DNA from: Promethearchaeota archaeon
GTDB taxonomy: Archaea > Asgardarchaeota > Lokiarchaeia > Sigyniarchaeales > SOKP01
Length of the DNA stretch: 64,000 nt
Assembly (NCBI GenBank): GCA_016839555.1
Contig: JAEOUA010000006.1
Coordinates: 448,001 to 512,000, forward strand
Direction of reading: 5' to 3'
Position numbers and translations under genes: made by a program. Positions 1 to 9,172 of this stretch are shown here, piece after piece; the first letter of the stretch is position 1; each line of letters opens with the position of its first letter. The notes under the pieces were generated by a model that was not told the origin of the DNA, did no database searches, and saw only the letters and a program-made list of their open reading frames with translations.

Positions 1-1308
1 AATGCGTGAGGGTTTTATCATTGAGTTATTTAGATATTTAGCAGTGTCTATGTAATCTAACATTTGATTTTCTTTTGTTATTTTTTCTTCACATAATAGC
101 ATGGTATTTAATCCAAATTCCCTTCCTGTAGCATAAAAGCTTTCTAAATTATACAATGCCTTTGCTAATTCAACTTTATACCCCGATCGTTTTGCCCTTA
201 AATCAGCAAGTCCCTCTAAAATTCTTACGATGAAATAAAGAATCATATAAATGCCAATGTTAATTAAGATGAAATAAATAAAAGGTAATCTTGGATCTCC
301 AAAAGTATAGTCATACATCGTTGCAGGTAGCCCTATAAACATTCTAAATAATAAGTCTCCAATAGTTATTAAGGCTAATATTAAGGTATGATTTCCCTTC
401 GTATGAGCTAGTTCATGTGCGACAATTCCCTTTAGCTCGTCCTCAGGAATATTTTTGATATCTTCTGCAATAATGGCAATTCTTTTATCAAAAAAAGGAC
501 CATAAGCCATGGCATTAAGGATAGGGTATTTCCCATAACCAATTTTAACCTTTCCGTCAATTGCAATTTTTTTTTTTACCTCATTTACAATTGTATTTAA
601 TTCATTATTACGAGGTTTTTTAATTCCTAATAATTTGTCCAGAAAAACTCCAGAGGAAAAATATACCAAGATATTTACAACTATTAGTACGATATAAATA
701 TAATCAAGAAAATTAATAGGTGTATATTGGTTAATAAAAACCACTACTAACCATCCAATAATATATAGAAATAATGTGAGATATTGCGGGCTCATAAATC
801 GCCATACTATGATATATTTCCTTCCAAAAATTAAAAAACCCAGAATAAGGATGATCCAAAATGAAAATGCGAATGCGGTGTTAAGGAAAAACGGTTCCTC
901 TAGATAAAAGGATATTATCCCAGCAATAAAGATAATGGTATATGTTATTAAGGATATAATCAAGATTTTATTAATAACGGGATATTCTTTCAATTCCCAA
1001 ACACCAACCCATAAATAAATGCTAAAAGCTCCCATTATAGATGTTAAGAATTCTTTTGTGACAAAAAAAATGAAGAAAAAGAAGAACAATATAAAAACCA
1101 AATCGCTGAATTCGCTTCTCTCACCATTTTTGGCCCAGACGAAAATTTCTTCTAAATTAAGAAAAATAAAAGGGATTAAAACCAAAAAGGTCCAATCTTT
1201 AAAAATAGTAAAAAGTGTTAAATTCAAATAAATAGAGATAAAAACTAAAGTAAATATTTCAAATATAAAGCAAATAAAAAAGATTAAATATCTATAAGTT
1301 TTTTTCAA
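1..1308 (-). CDS. M48 family (HtpX/Ste24-like) membrane zinc metalloprotease, 3' end outside the window
   Basis: Not in the ORF track. Minus-strand frame from TTG at 1308 (LKKTYRYLIFFICLYFEIF...) has many hydrophobic segments, GIVAHELAHT (HExxH, about 401-430) and a downstream LEGLADLRA third-ligand motif; it runs off the left edge. Confidence 0.8.
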   Translation of the reverse strand, partial: MKKTYRYLIFFICFIFEIFTLVFISIYLNLTLFTIFKDWTFLVLIPFIFLNLEEIFVWAKNGERSEFSDLVFILFFFFFIFFVTKEFLTSIMGAFSIYLWVGVWELKEYPVINKILIISLITYTIIFIAGIISFYLEEPFFLNTAFAFSFWIILILGFLIFGRKYIIVWRFMSPQYLTLFLYIIGWLVVVFINQYTPINFLDYIYIVLIVVNILVYFSSGVFLDKLLGIKKPRNNELNTIVNEVKKKIAIDGKVKIGYGKYPILNAMAYGPFFDKRIAIIAEDIKNIPEDELKGIVAHELAHTKGNHTLILALITIGDLLFRMFIGLPATMYDYTFGDPRLPFIYFILINIGIYMILYFIVRILEGLADLRAKRSGYKVELAKALYNLESFYATGREFGLNTMLLCEEKITKENQMLDYIDTAKYLNNSMIKPSRI

Positions 1309-1366
1309 AATGAATCCCAATTTTTTTTTATCTATTTTTTCCAATTATCAATAAAAATTCCGCTAT

Positions 1367-2752
1367 TTATTCTTTAATTTTTGAATTTATCCTTTTTATC
1401 TGATTTTGTTTAGCAATTTGTTTCCAAAAATACTTGATTGTCAATATCCACCATGTGATAAGAATTGGCACCGTTAATAACAATGAGAGTATAACATTTA
1501 AAGGAATCTTTATGATTATTAGGTTTATAGATCCTGGAAAATTAGGAATAATTAGAAGTTCAATAATAATTAAAATAACAATTAGCATGAAATATAATAA
1601 AATCATATGTACCGCCATATCGAAAATTCTTTTAAAATAATATAAACTCACGATTAATGAAATGAAACTTATTATTATTATCGAAATAATAATTATAATA
1701 TCTAAATTTCCTACGGTCAATAGATTTAATAAAGTAGTTATTATTGCTAAAGATCCACAAAATAAAGAAAGCCCATAAAAATTTTTAACTAATTCAACTT
1801 CTTTTAACGGACCTTTAGATAAAAGCAGTCTTGGTAAAGTTAATAAAGCATTCTTTTGTTCAGAAGCTTTTATCTTATCATCTCTGAGAAGAATGATATC
1901 ATCTCGAAATTGATGAATCTCTTCACTTTCAAAGAATCCCCCAACTGAGGAAATATAATAAAAACTATTGCATATTTGCTGTAAAAGAGCACAAAAAGCT
2001 GCTGCTAATAATCCTCCAAATAATGCGATACTAGCAACCATAACACCCATTGTAAGAGTACCTACATCACCCGGAAAGATTTTTGCTGGATATTTATTAA
2101 AAAGGAAAAAGCCTAAGATTACTGGAAAAGTAATAATTGTCAAAAATAATCCTTCAGCAGAATTCCAGATAATACTACAGAACATTAAAAATCCCACCGC
2201 AATTAAACATGTTCCAGAACCTTCCCCATTATAACCTTCTAACATATTCACAGTATTTGCGAAGATACTAACGATTATTGGGAGGACTATAGGAAAAATA
2301 AGCGTTAATCGCAATTGTCCAAGAATAGGTAATATGGGATCCCTTATTCTTATATAACCAAAATAATTCGCAATAAAAATAAAGAGACCAATAAGTAGTG
2401 TTAAGAATATTTTATATCGGGAGCGTAATTTAATTCTATCATCAATATGACCAATTAACGCAGCTAATAAAATTGTTAAAATAATGATTATTATTTCATT
2501 TATAAATATTGGGAAAAAAGGTAATAGAAAAATTAAAGCGATGACCCAACCAAGAACCATCCCTAACCCTCCTGATTCCGAAACTTCTGGTTTGGCGTTT
2601 TTATGAATATCTATACCCACATGACCTTTTTTTTTCATATGTGTGATAATGATTGGCATTATCAAGTATGTTATAATAAATCCAATCCCTCCCGCTAAAA
2701 TAATAAAAAAGATTTCTAATATTCCCCAATTTAAAACTGTTATAGTGTGCAT
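1367..2752 (-). CDS. aglH: UDP-GlcNAc:dolichyl-phosphate GlcNAc-1-phosphate transferase (AglH/DPAGT1, MraY/GPT family)
   Basis: GIDIHK...VSESGG, IGHIDD, ANTVNMLEGYNGE and FNKYPAKIFPGDVGT motifs; polytopic membrane protein with extra C-terminal TM helices. Confidence 0.8.
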   Translation of the reverse strand: MHTITVLNWGILEIFFIILAGGIGFIITYLIMPIIITHMKKKGHVGIDIHKNAKPEVSESGGLGMVLGWVIALIFLLPFFPIFINEIIIIILTILLAALIGHIDDRIKLRSRYKIFLTLLIGLFIFIANYFGYIRIRDPILPILGQLRLTLIFPIVLPIIVSIFANTVNMLEGYNGEGSGTCLIAVGFLMFCSIIWNSAEGLFLTIITFPVILGFFLFNKYPAKIFPGDVGTLTMGVMVASIALFGGLLAAAFCALLQQICNSFYYISSVGGFFESEEIHQFRDDIILLRDDKIKASEQKNALLTLPRLLLSKGPLKEVELVKNFYGLSLFCGSLAIITTLLNLLTVGNLDIIIIISIIIISFISLIVSLYYFKRIFDMAVHMILLYFMLIVILIIIELLIIPNFPGSINLIIIKIPLNVILSLLLTVPILITWWILTIKYFWKQIAKQNQIKRINSKIKE

Positions 2753-2808
2753 TTATAATATTCTTAATTTTTTTAGCTTTTTAATTTGTGTTTATATAAG
2801 ATAAAATA

Positions 2809-3933
2809 TTAAAATTTAGAATTTAGAGTTAAATAATTGAAACAGATTTCATTAGGATTTTCAAATTGTTTAATTTTGTCTTTATAACTCTTGGTAAATC
2901 TGCCTTTAGAGGGCTCTTTATCGAGAACTTGAATTGAATGTTTTATTATTTGATCAAGATTTCTCAAATGTTCTAATGGAAAACCGTTATTTTTGAGAAA
3001 ATGCTCTTGAGGGGCAGTTTCTCCCGGAAAAAATTCAATACTAGGTACATTTAATAAAGAACTTTCGCGGACTATCGTTCCGCCTCCGCTAACAACTAAG
3101 CTACTATAAAAACAGAGATCATCCAAATTCGGTAGATATTGAGTTATGATTAAATTTTCGTTTCCTACATATTTTTTAAATTTTTGTTGTAAATAATGCT
3201 CTTGTAATTGATTTCTAACTATTATGAGATATTTATGATTGGGAAATTCTTTAAACAATGGTGGGAAGATCTTACTTAACAAGGTCTCATTTGGTTTAAG
3301 TTCATTTATGAAATAGCATGCAGCTGTAGGTTCACTTCTCATTATTACATATTTACCTTTATCTAAATCATAAGAATTTAATATCTCCGGATTGGGAGTA
3401 AATTCCGAAAGCCAACCTATTTCATCAATTCCATCATAACGGATGATTTTTTTGGGATCTGCATAAAGATGAACATAAGTTTCTTTAGGAATACATCGTG
3501 GAGTAATTATTTTATCAATTAATGGAAATATTAATTTACAAACAGGTATATTTCGCGGCTCGTCATTATATCCTATAGATGGTATTTGCAGTCCATAAGC
3601 AATTCGGACACCTTCTACGGAAATAAAATTCACAAAATAATCGGGAAGAAATTCATTCACTAACGGAAATAAACCTTTTAATCTATCTATATGAGTTTCT
3701 AATTTATCGGCTAATTTTGCTCCACCATGTTTTCCAACTTTATGATATTCTATGGGTAGTTCAGCATTATCAAGAATCTTATAAGTGGGGCCATAATCTC
3801 GAGCGGTGATTAACAATTCGAACCCTTCCTTATCAAACTTATTAATTAATGATTGAAACAGTACGGCTGTTTTAGGCTGCTCTATATCTATCCAAATCTT
3901 CATATTTTTATTTGTTTTTAACTGCTTAATCAA
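2809..3933 (-). CDS. DUF354 family GT-B-fold protein (probable start ATG at 3903)
   Basis: MKIWIDI...ITARDY...VGKHGG, YNDEP and VSGGGTIVRESSLLNVPSI are typical of archaeal DUF354. Confidence 0.75.
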   Translation of the reverse strand: MIKQLKTNKNMKIWIDIEQPKTAVLFQSLINKFDKEGFELLITARDYGPTYKILDNAELPIEYHKVGKHGGAKLADKLETHIDRLKGLFPLVNEFLPDYFVNFISVEGVRIAYGLQIPSIGYNDEPRNIPVCKLIFPLIDKIITPRCIPKETYVHLYADPKKIIRYDGIDEIGWLSEFTPNPEILNSYDLDKGKYVIMRSEPTAACYFINELKPNETLLSKIFPPLFKEFPNHKYLIIVRNQLQEHYLQQKFKKYVGNENLIITQYLPNLDDLCFYSSLVVSGGGTIVRESSLLNVPSIEFFPGETAPQEHFLKNNGFPLEHLRNLDQIIKHSIQVLDKEPSKGRFTKSYKDKIKQFENPNEICFNYLTLNSKF

Positions 3934-4064
3934 ATTATTATTATTATACTAATTAAATTAAAATATATAATTAATTTTATAGAAATCCATAATCTTTAAC
4001 ATGAAGAAAAAAATTTATTAAATTTCAAGTATTGATATAAATACAAGTTAAGTTATTGTAGAAA

Positions 4065-4196
4065 AGCCCAGTGGTGTAGCGGCCAAAATTATGGGGTCCG
4101 TCCCTCGTGGCTTCGCATCTGGGGCCTTGAACCCCGTGACCGGATTGATTAGCTCGATTTAATCCCGCGAAAACGGTTCGAATCCGTTCTGGGCTA
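4065..4196 (+). tRNA. tRNA-Gln(UUG) with two introns (4087-4114 and 4141-4171)
   Basis: Acceptor stem AGCCCAG/CTGGGCT plus A73; T-arm AACGG-TTCGAAT-CCGTT. Removing the two BHB-bounded introns gives a 73-nt cloverleaf with D-stem GTGT/GCAT, anticodon stem TGGGG/CCCCG and anticodon TTG at 4127-4129. Confidence 0.85.
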
Positions 4197-4212
4197 TTTC
4201 TTTTTTTCCTTT
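4197..4212 (+). terminator. oligo-T archaeal terminator after the tRNA
   Basis: tttctttttttccttt immediately follows the discriminator base. Confidence 0.5.
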
Positions 4213-4347
4213 GTTAAGAAATAATAATATTTCAATATTTTTCGAAGGAATATCCTAAAAATATTTATTTGAGAGAAATTTAATATTAAGAAAAACGCAA
4301 TATATAAAAATATTTAATTAATTTAAAAATCAAGAACCATTTTGTTT

Positions 4348-4971
4348 CTAATTTAATTTGAAAGGTTTAAGATCTTTACTAAGAAATTCTTTATCAAGTA
4401 ATTTTTCATTATTAATGAGAAATTGAAGTTCCTCATCTTTTTCGCGATATTCATCGGGTAACATACGAGGAATACTGTCAATAATTGGATACCACCTATT
4501 GCATTCATTGCAGAAAAGTAAGCCAGATTCGATCTCAATTTCAATCTTTATTTTATTTATTAAATTTAATTCTGGCAATAATTCCTCAATATTTTTATTT
4601 TCAGATTTCTCTCTAAAGTTTTGTATTTTTTCTTTTACGGTCCCTTTTAATAAATCTAAACATTGTTTACTGGTTTTATAGGAAGTTTTATCTATAACAT
4701 AATTCAACTCCTCTATGCTTGAAATTATTTTATCAGAATATTCCTCAATTGGAGTTTCCTTTATGACAATATTATCTTTTATTTTTTCTTTTTCACCCTT
4801 AATAATTTCAGGGATTTGTTCCTTTCTATGGAACTCCATCTTTTTTTCATTATAGGAGTGAATATATTTTTCAAAGAGATCTTCTTGATTTTCATACGAA
4901 AATATGAATAATTTTAAAGGAAAATACTTGCAAATTGGACAAGCTAAGATATCAAAAAGCCAGAGTTTCAT
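4348..4971 (-). CDS. trm112: Trm112-like methyltransferase activator with a long helical insertion
   Basis: N-terminal LFDILACPICK and C-terminal IESGLLFCNECNRWYPIIDSIPRMLP Zn-ribbon halves. Confidence 0.8.
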   Translation of the reverse strand: MKLWLFDILACPICKYFPLKLFIFSYENQEDLFEKYIHSYNEKKMEFHRKEQIPEIIKGEKEKIKDNIVIKETPIEEYSDKIISSIEELNYVIDKTSYKTSKQCLDLLKGTVKEKIQNFREKSENKNIEELLPELNLINKIKIEIEIESGLLFCNECNRWYPIIDSIPRMLPDEYREKDEELQFLINNEKLLDKEFLSKDLKPFKLN

Positions 4972-5146
4972 TTTTTTTTTAAGGATTATTAATTAGTTCA
5001 TCAAATATTTAAAGTAATTAATAGCTATTTAAAATTTAATGTATTAAGCTTTAAACCTTCCTATATATACTTTTTCTAGGCTTTTTTATAAACTAAAAAT
5101 TAAAATTTGAGATAAGAAAAACAATTATATTAGTTTTAAAGAAATC

Positions 5147-7096
5147 TTATATTATATAGCTTCTAAGTTGTTGTACTGATTTATCTATTGATTTTTCCAC
5201 CTTATTGAGCCGTTTGATAAAATCATTCGTCAAAGAAGCATACGCAGATCGGCTAGGTATTTTTCCTCTTTTATATCTTGCTTCTAATAATTTCAATCCA
5301 TCTTCAATAGTCTGTCTTTCAGTTTCTAAGAGATCTATTGTATTTATGATATTGTTGAATGTCTCATTTGTTTCCATTAAGGTTTCTTTGAAAGGTTCTA
5401 TTTCCTCTTCAATAGTTTTTATTTTAGCCTCATTTCTTTTAGTAATTACCCGATATTTTTTCTTTGGTAGTTTTTTATTTTTCAAATCTTCTTCTGCTTT
5501 TGTAATTTCTAACATTAAAGCATGCTTTTCGGCGTACAATGAGCAAAACTCACGTATTTCTTTTACTGGAAGTTCTTCTTTTTCATACTCTGAAATAATT
5601 TCAGGTTCTTTTCTCTTTTTAACAAGAATAACAAAAATTGAGCATAAGCTAGCAATAACAATTAAATAAAGGAGTGGCCATGAAAGGAGTTTAAAAACAT
5701 CTAAATTATAATTAAATGCTACTAGTTTTAGTGGCATTTCCAGGGGAACGATATATTCCTCAAAATAAGTTAATGTAATTTCTCCTTGAGAATTGATTAT
5801 TCCATAGGGTGATCTTGATACTGAATTTATACCAGAAGCCCCATCAATCGTAATTTTTGTTATTTGATTTCTTCCTAGATATTCGAAATAAGAGGGAAAT
5901 ATATTAATTTGAAATGATTGTTGAAACCAGTTGAATGACATATAATCATATAAATCCAATTGATATTCTAATGTAAATTGATAGGTTGATCCTGGTTGAA
6001 TATTTCCTCTAAATTGTGATATACTGAAAGTCCCTTTTTGAAAACCGGGAATAAATGGATTTGGTGTAAAGTAAATACCCGAAATGGCTTGCTGTTGCGT
6101 AACTTCTGTTTCTCCGAGTTTAAGATCTCCTAGAAAATCATAAACTTCGAGATTTTTTGCTGTCTCTGGAATATTTATTTCAAATTCTTCTACAGGGATT
6201 GTTCCATTATTTTTAATGAAATAATTTTCCTTAACCTTTATAATTCCCCAAGGAGATATTGTTATGGTTCTTAATAATTGATTAATTTCTAATTTTGTAG
6301 TAGATTTATCTTTTACTTCGACTGTAATAATTTTTTTAGATCCCATATTTTCTAAAAAAGGTTCTAAAAAACCCTGAGTCCATTCAAATTCTATTTTATT
6401 TCCTCCAATTTCAGTACCCCAATCGCGATTGACAATTTCATATTGCCCTTCAGGTAATATGAACTCTGTGGAAATATCTCCCTCTACTTTATAAGGTAAA
6501 AGGGGAAATATATATCCTGTGAACGAAACTTTTTCATCAGGGTCACTTATAGTCCCAATAGATTCAAAATCGATATTATCTTTATAATATTGGACAAAAT
6601 TTAGCGTTGTTGTCTGATTTGATTGAATTGGGCGAAATAAATTAATTAATATCGTGTAAAAGTTTTCTTTCATAATAAAATCTGTCTTTTGTGAAGTATG
6701 TGGTATTAATCCTGTTCTAGCTTGATAAAATATTAAATTTTCTGAGTTATTGGAAGGAATTCCTATAAGTATGGATGATATTGAAAAATTATTTTCGTTT
6801 TTAATAGTTAATTTATCTTCAACAGAGAGTAACCCAGTTCCTTTCATATTCATAGTTCGAGTCAATTGAGTAATTTTAATATTATCTATTCCCTCTAAAG
6901 AGATTGAAGATGTCTGAATATCATTAGAATTACTATATAAAGAGGATTTAGAAATATAAAAAAGATCTTCGTTTGGAGGGTCATTTCTTGTGGTAAAGCA
7001 AAGAATATTTTTACTTATTAGAGGGATTGCTAAACTAATTATAAAGATCATTAATAGAAGGGTTAAAAATAAATCAAGTTTTCTTTTTCTTAACAT
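5147..7096 (-). CDS. Ribophorin I (OST1/RPN1)-like oligosaccharyltransferase subunit
   Basis: N-terminal signal/TM; two related luminal beta domains (LTRTMNMKGTGLLSVEDKLTIKN and LLRTITISPWGIIKVKENYFIKNNG, resembling RPN1 ISHWGN); one TM and a C-terminal helical/coiled-coil tail. Confidence 0.75.
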   Translation of the reverse strand: MLRKRKLDLFLTLLLMIFIISLAIPLISKNILCFTTRNDPPNEDLFYISKSSLYSNSNDIQTSSISLEGIDNIKITQLTRTMNMKGTGLLSVEDKLTIKNENNFSISSILIGIPSNNSENLIFYQARTGLIPHTSQKTDFIMKENFYTILINLFRPIQSNQTTTLNFVQYYKDNIDFESIGTISDPDEKVSFTGYIFPLLPYKVEGDISTEFILPEGQYEIVNRDWGTEIGGNKIEFEWTQGFLEPFLENMGSKKIITVEVKDKSTTKLEINQLLRTITISPWGIIKVKENYFIKNNGTIPVEEFEINIPETAKNLEVYDFLGDLKLGETEVTQQQAISGIYFTPNPFIPGFQKGTFSISQFRGNIQPGSTYQFTLEYQLDLYDYMSFNWFQQSFQINIFPSYFEYLGRNQITKITIDGASGINSVSRSPYGIINSQGEITLTYFEEYIVPLEMPLKLVAFNYNLDVFKLLSWPLLYLIVIASLCSIFVILVKKRKEPEIISEYEKEELPVKEIREFCSLYAEKHALMLEITKAEEDLKNKKLPKKKYRVITKRNEAKIKTIEEEIEPFKETLMETNETFNNIINTIDLLETERQTIEDGLKLLEARYKRGKIPSRSAYASLTNDFIKRLNKVEKSIDKSVQQLRSYII

Positions 7097-7187
7097 GTAA
7101 TACTTTAACCACTCTAAAATTTATCTTAATTTAATTAAAATAATATATTAAAATTTTGTAAAAATAAAAATTATGCAGAAGGCAAGA

Positions 7188-7478
7188 TTAACCACATTGA
7201 CAGGGATTATGTCCACATTTAGGACATATATTTGGATATTTATTGAAGAGTGCTTTTTCAAGATCGATATTTAATAAATTTGATAATGAGCACACCCATG
7301 CAATGATATCTGCTATTTCCTCAGCTATTTTTCTTTTATCTAACTTTTCTTGTTTTAAAGCCCTAGATAATTCTCCGACTTCTTCTACCAACCACATAAA
7401 AGTTTTAAAAAGTCCTCTTTTATTATCTTGATGAAAATAGAGATTGTACATCATTTCTTGAAGTTCTTTAATCTTCAT
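7188..7478 (-). CDS. MazG-like nucleotide pyrophosphohydrolase
   Basis: WLVEEVGEL...EEIAD motifs and a C-terminal CPKCGHNPCQC. Confidence 0.85.
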   Translation of the reverse strand: MKIKELQEMMYNLYFHQDNKRGLFKTFMWLVEEVGELSRALKQEKLDKRKIAEEIADIIAWVCSLSNLLNIDLEKALFNKYPNICPKCGHNPCQCG

Positions 7479-7484
7479 AGTTTT

Positions 7485-7694
7485 TTATCCCGCTGGTGAA
7501 AATATAAACCCAAAAACACCAAGATGTGCTAATAGGACGATTAAAATTAGGGCAGCAGCAAAAATAACGGCAGCAACAGGGGATATTTTTACCCCAATAG
7601 AAGAGTCTTCAAAAAATCGAATTAATCCAGCTCCTGATGCGGGCATTGGTGCGCTTCCAGAACGCCTTCTGCTTCTTCGTGATCTTCTTGACAT
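7485..7694 (-). CDS. sec61b: Preprotein translocase subunit Sec61beta
   Basis: Basic N-terminus, SGAGLIRFFED..GVKISP motif, single C-terminal TM. Confidence 0.9.
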   Translation of the reverse strand: MSRRSRRSRRRSGSAPMPASGAGLIRFFEDSSIGVKISPVAAVIFAAALILIVLLAHLGVFGFIFSPAG

Positions 7695-7902
7695 ATATCT
7701 TAATTTAATATAATATGAATTAATTTAATATAAATAAATGAATATTTTGAGCTTAAAAAATTCTTAGGTAGAATGAAAAGCATCTTTTATTAAAAAATAA
7801 TTCCTATTTTCTTTATATTCTTATGTTAGCTAATATAATAATTAAATATTTTATTCATTAATTATACAACAAAATAGAATAACTAGTTTTTTTATAGAAA
7901 AT

Positions 7903-9042
7903 ATGGAAATAAAAGAGAAGTTAAAAGATTTTTTTTTAATATTAGGTAAAAATTACAAATTAATTTCACCCTTTTACATAAGAAAAGCATTCAGTGTCCT
8001 ATTTTATTCGATTCTAGCTTGTAAAAAAGCCTCAGACTTTGGTCCAATAAGATTACAAATTGAAATAACAGATAAATGTAACTTTGACTGCATCATGTGT
8101 GATCGTCATAATCTTAGAAAAATAAGAAATCTAAATAATGATATTTCTTATAGCAAATTCAAGGAATTGATTGAGGAAATAAGACCATTATATGTGACTC
8201 TTAATGGTTTAGGGGAACCTTTACTTAACAAAGAATTATACAAGTTCTTAAAATTATGTAATAAAAAGAAAATCACAACTTCTATGCCTACAAATATGTC
8301 TTTTATGAATGAGATAAATATCAAAAAATTGATTAAAAATCCGCCCTCTATATTAACTTTTTCGTTTCATGGAACAAATGCTTCAATATTTAATAAAATA
8401 ACCCAATCTAGAAGCTTTAAAAAGTGTATAGAAAATTTTGAGAAATTATTATCGAAAATTGAGAGTATTAAAACTGATATTCGAGTATTATGTGTACTTC
8501 AATCAGAAAATTTGGAAGAATATAATGCTATGTTCACTTTTCTTAAAAATTGGAATTTATTAAATAGTTTTAGATTAGAACCTGTTTTTGATTTTGTCCC
8601 AAATCATAATGTGGTTCCCGCCAAAAGTCAAATAAAGCAAGTTTTATTTAAATTAAATTCAGAAATGAAAATTATTAATGATAAAGAAAAAAAAGCTTTT
8701 TTAAATAATTGGAGAGAAAAATTGTTAGAATTATATAATAGAAAAGATTTAAAGATGAAAGTTCCTTGCTTAACTCCTTGGATTTCAACTTATATTACTG
8801 CTACTGGTAAAGTTCTTCCCTGTTGCTATTTGACTAATGAAAAGTATGTAATGGGAAATATAAATGAAATTTCATTTATGAAAATCTGGAATGGTGAAAA
8901 ATATCAAAATTTCAGGAGTTTATTAATAAATTCTAGAAGAAATATTAAAGAGTGTTATAGATGTTTCTGGAATGATCAAGATAGAGTAAATCTTTATCGC
9001 CTGATGCTCTTTGGGTATTCTGGATGGATTAAAAATCTTTAA
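7903..9042 (+). CDS. Radical SAM protein with SPASM/twitch domain
   Basis: CNFDCIMC, GLGEPLL, CLTPW...GKVLPCC...MGNI...IWNG...CYRC. Confidence 0.9.
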   Translation: MEIKEKLKDFFLILGKNYKLISPFYIRKAFSVLFYSILACKKASDFGPIRLQIEITDKCNFDCIMCDRHNLRKIRNLNNDISYSKFKELIEEIRPLYVTLNGLGEPLLNKELYKFLKLCNKKKITTSMPTNMSFMNEINIKKLIKNPPSILTFSFHGTNASIFNKITQSRSFKKCIENFEKLLSKIESIKTDIRVLCVLQSENLEEYNAMFTFLKNWNLLNSFRLEPVFDFVPNHNVVPAKSQIKQVLFKLNSEMKIINDKEKKAFLNNWREKLLELYNRKDLKMKVPCLTPWISTYITATGKVLPCCYLTNEKYVMGNINEISFMKIWNGEKYQNFRSLLINSRRNIKECYRCFWNDQDRVNLYRLMLFGYSGWIKNL

Positions 9043-9172
9043 AGAGCAAGGGTTTATGGATTGTTCTAAAAATATTAGAAAAAAAATATTTTTCAATATA
9101 TTTTAAAAAAACGAGCTTCTTATAGGATAAGCTATAAATAAATTTTCTAATTCCGTTTTTAACGACGTGAAA

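Noticed and set aside
4090-4138. Reading the tRNA with one canonical anticodon-loop intron, or as tRNA-Ser(UGA)
   Set aside because: It gives a poor D-stem and no valid anticodon arm, whereas the two-intron model fits both BHB motifs and the Gln acceptor identity.
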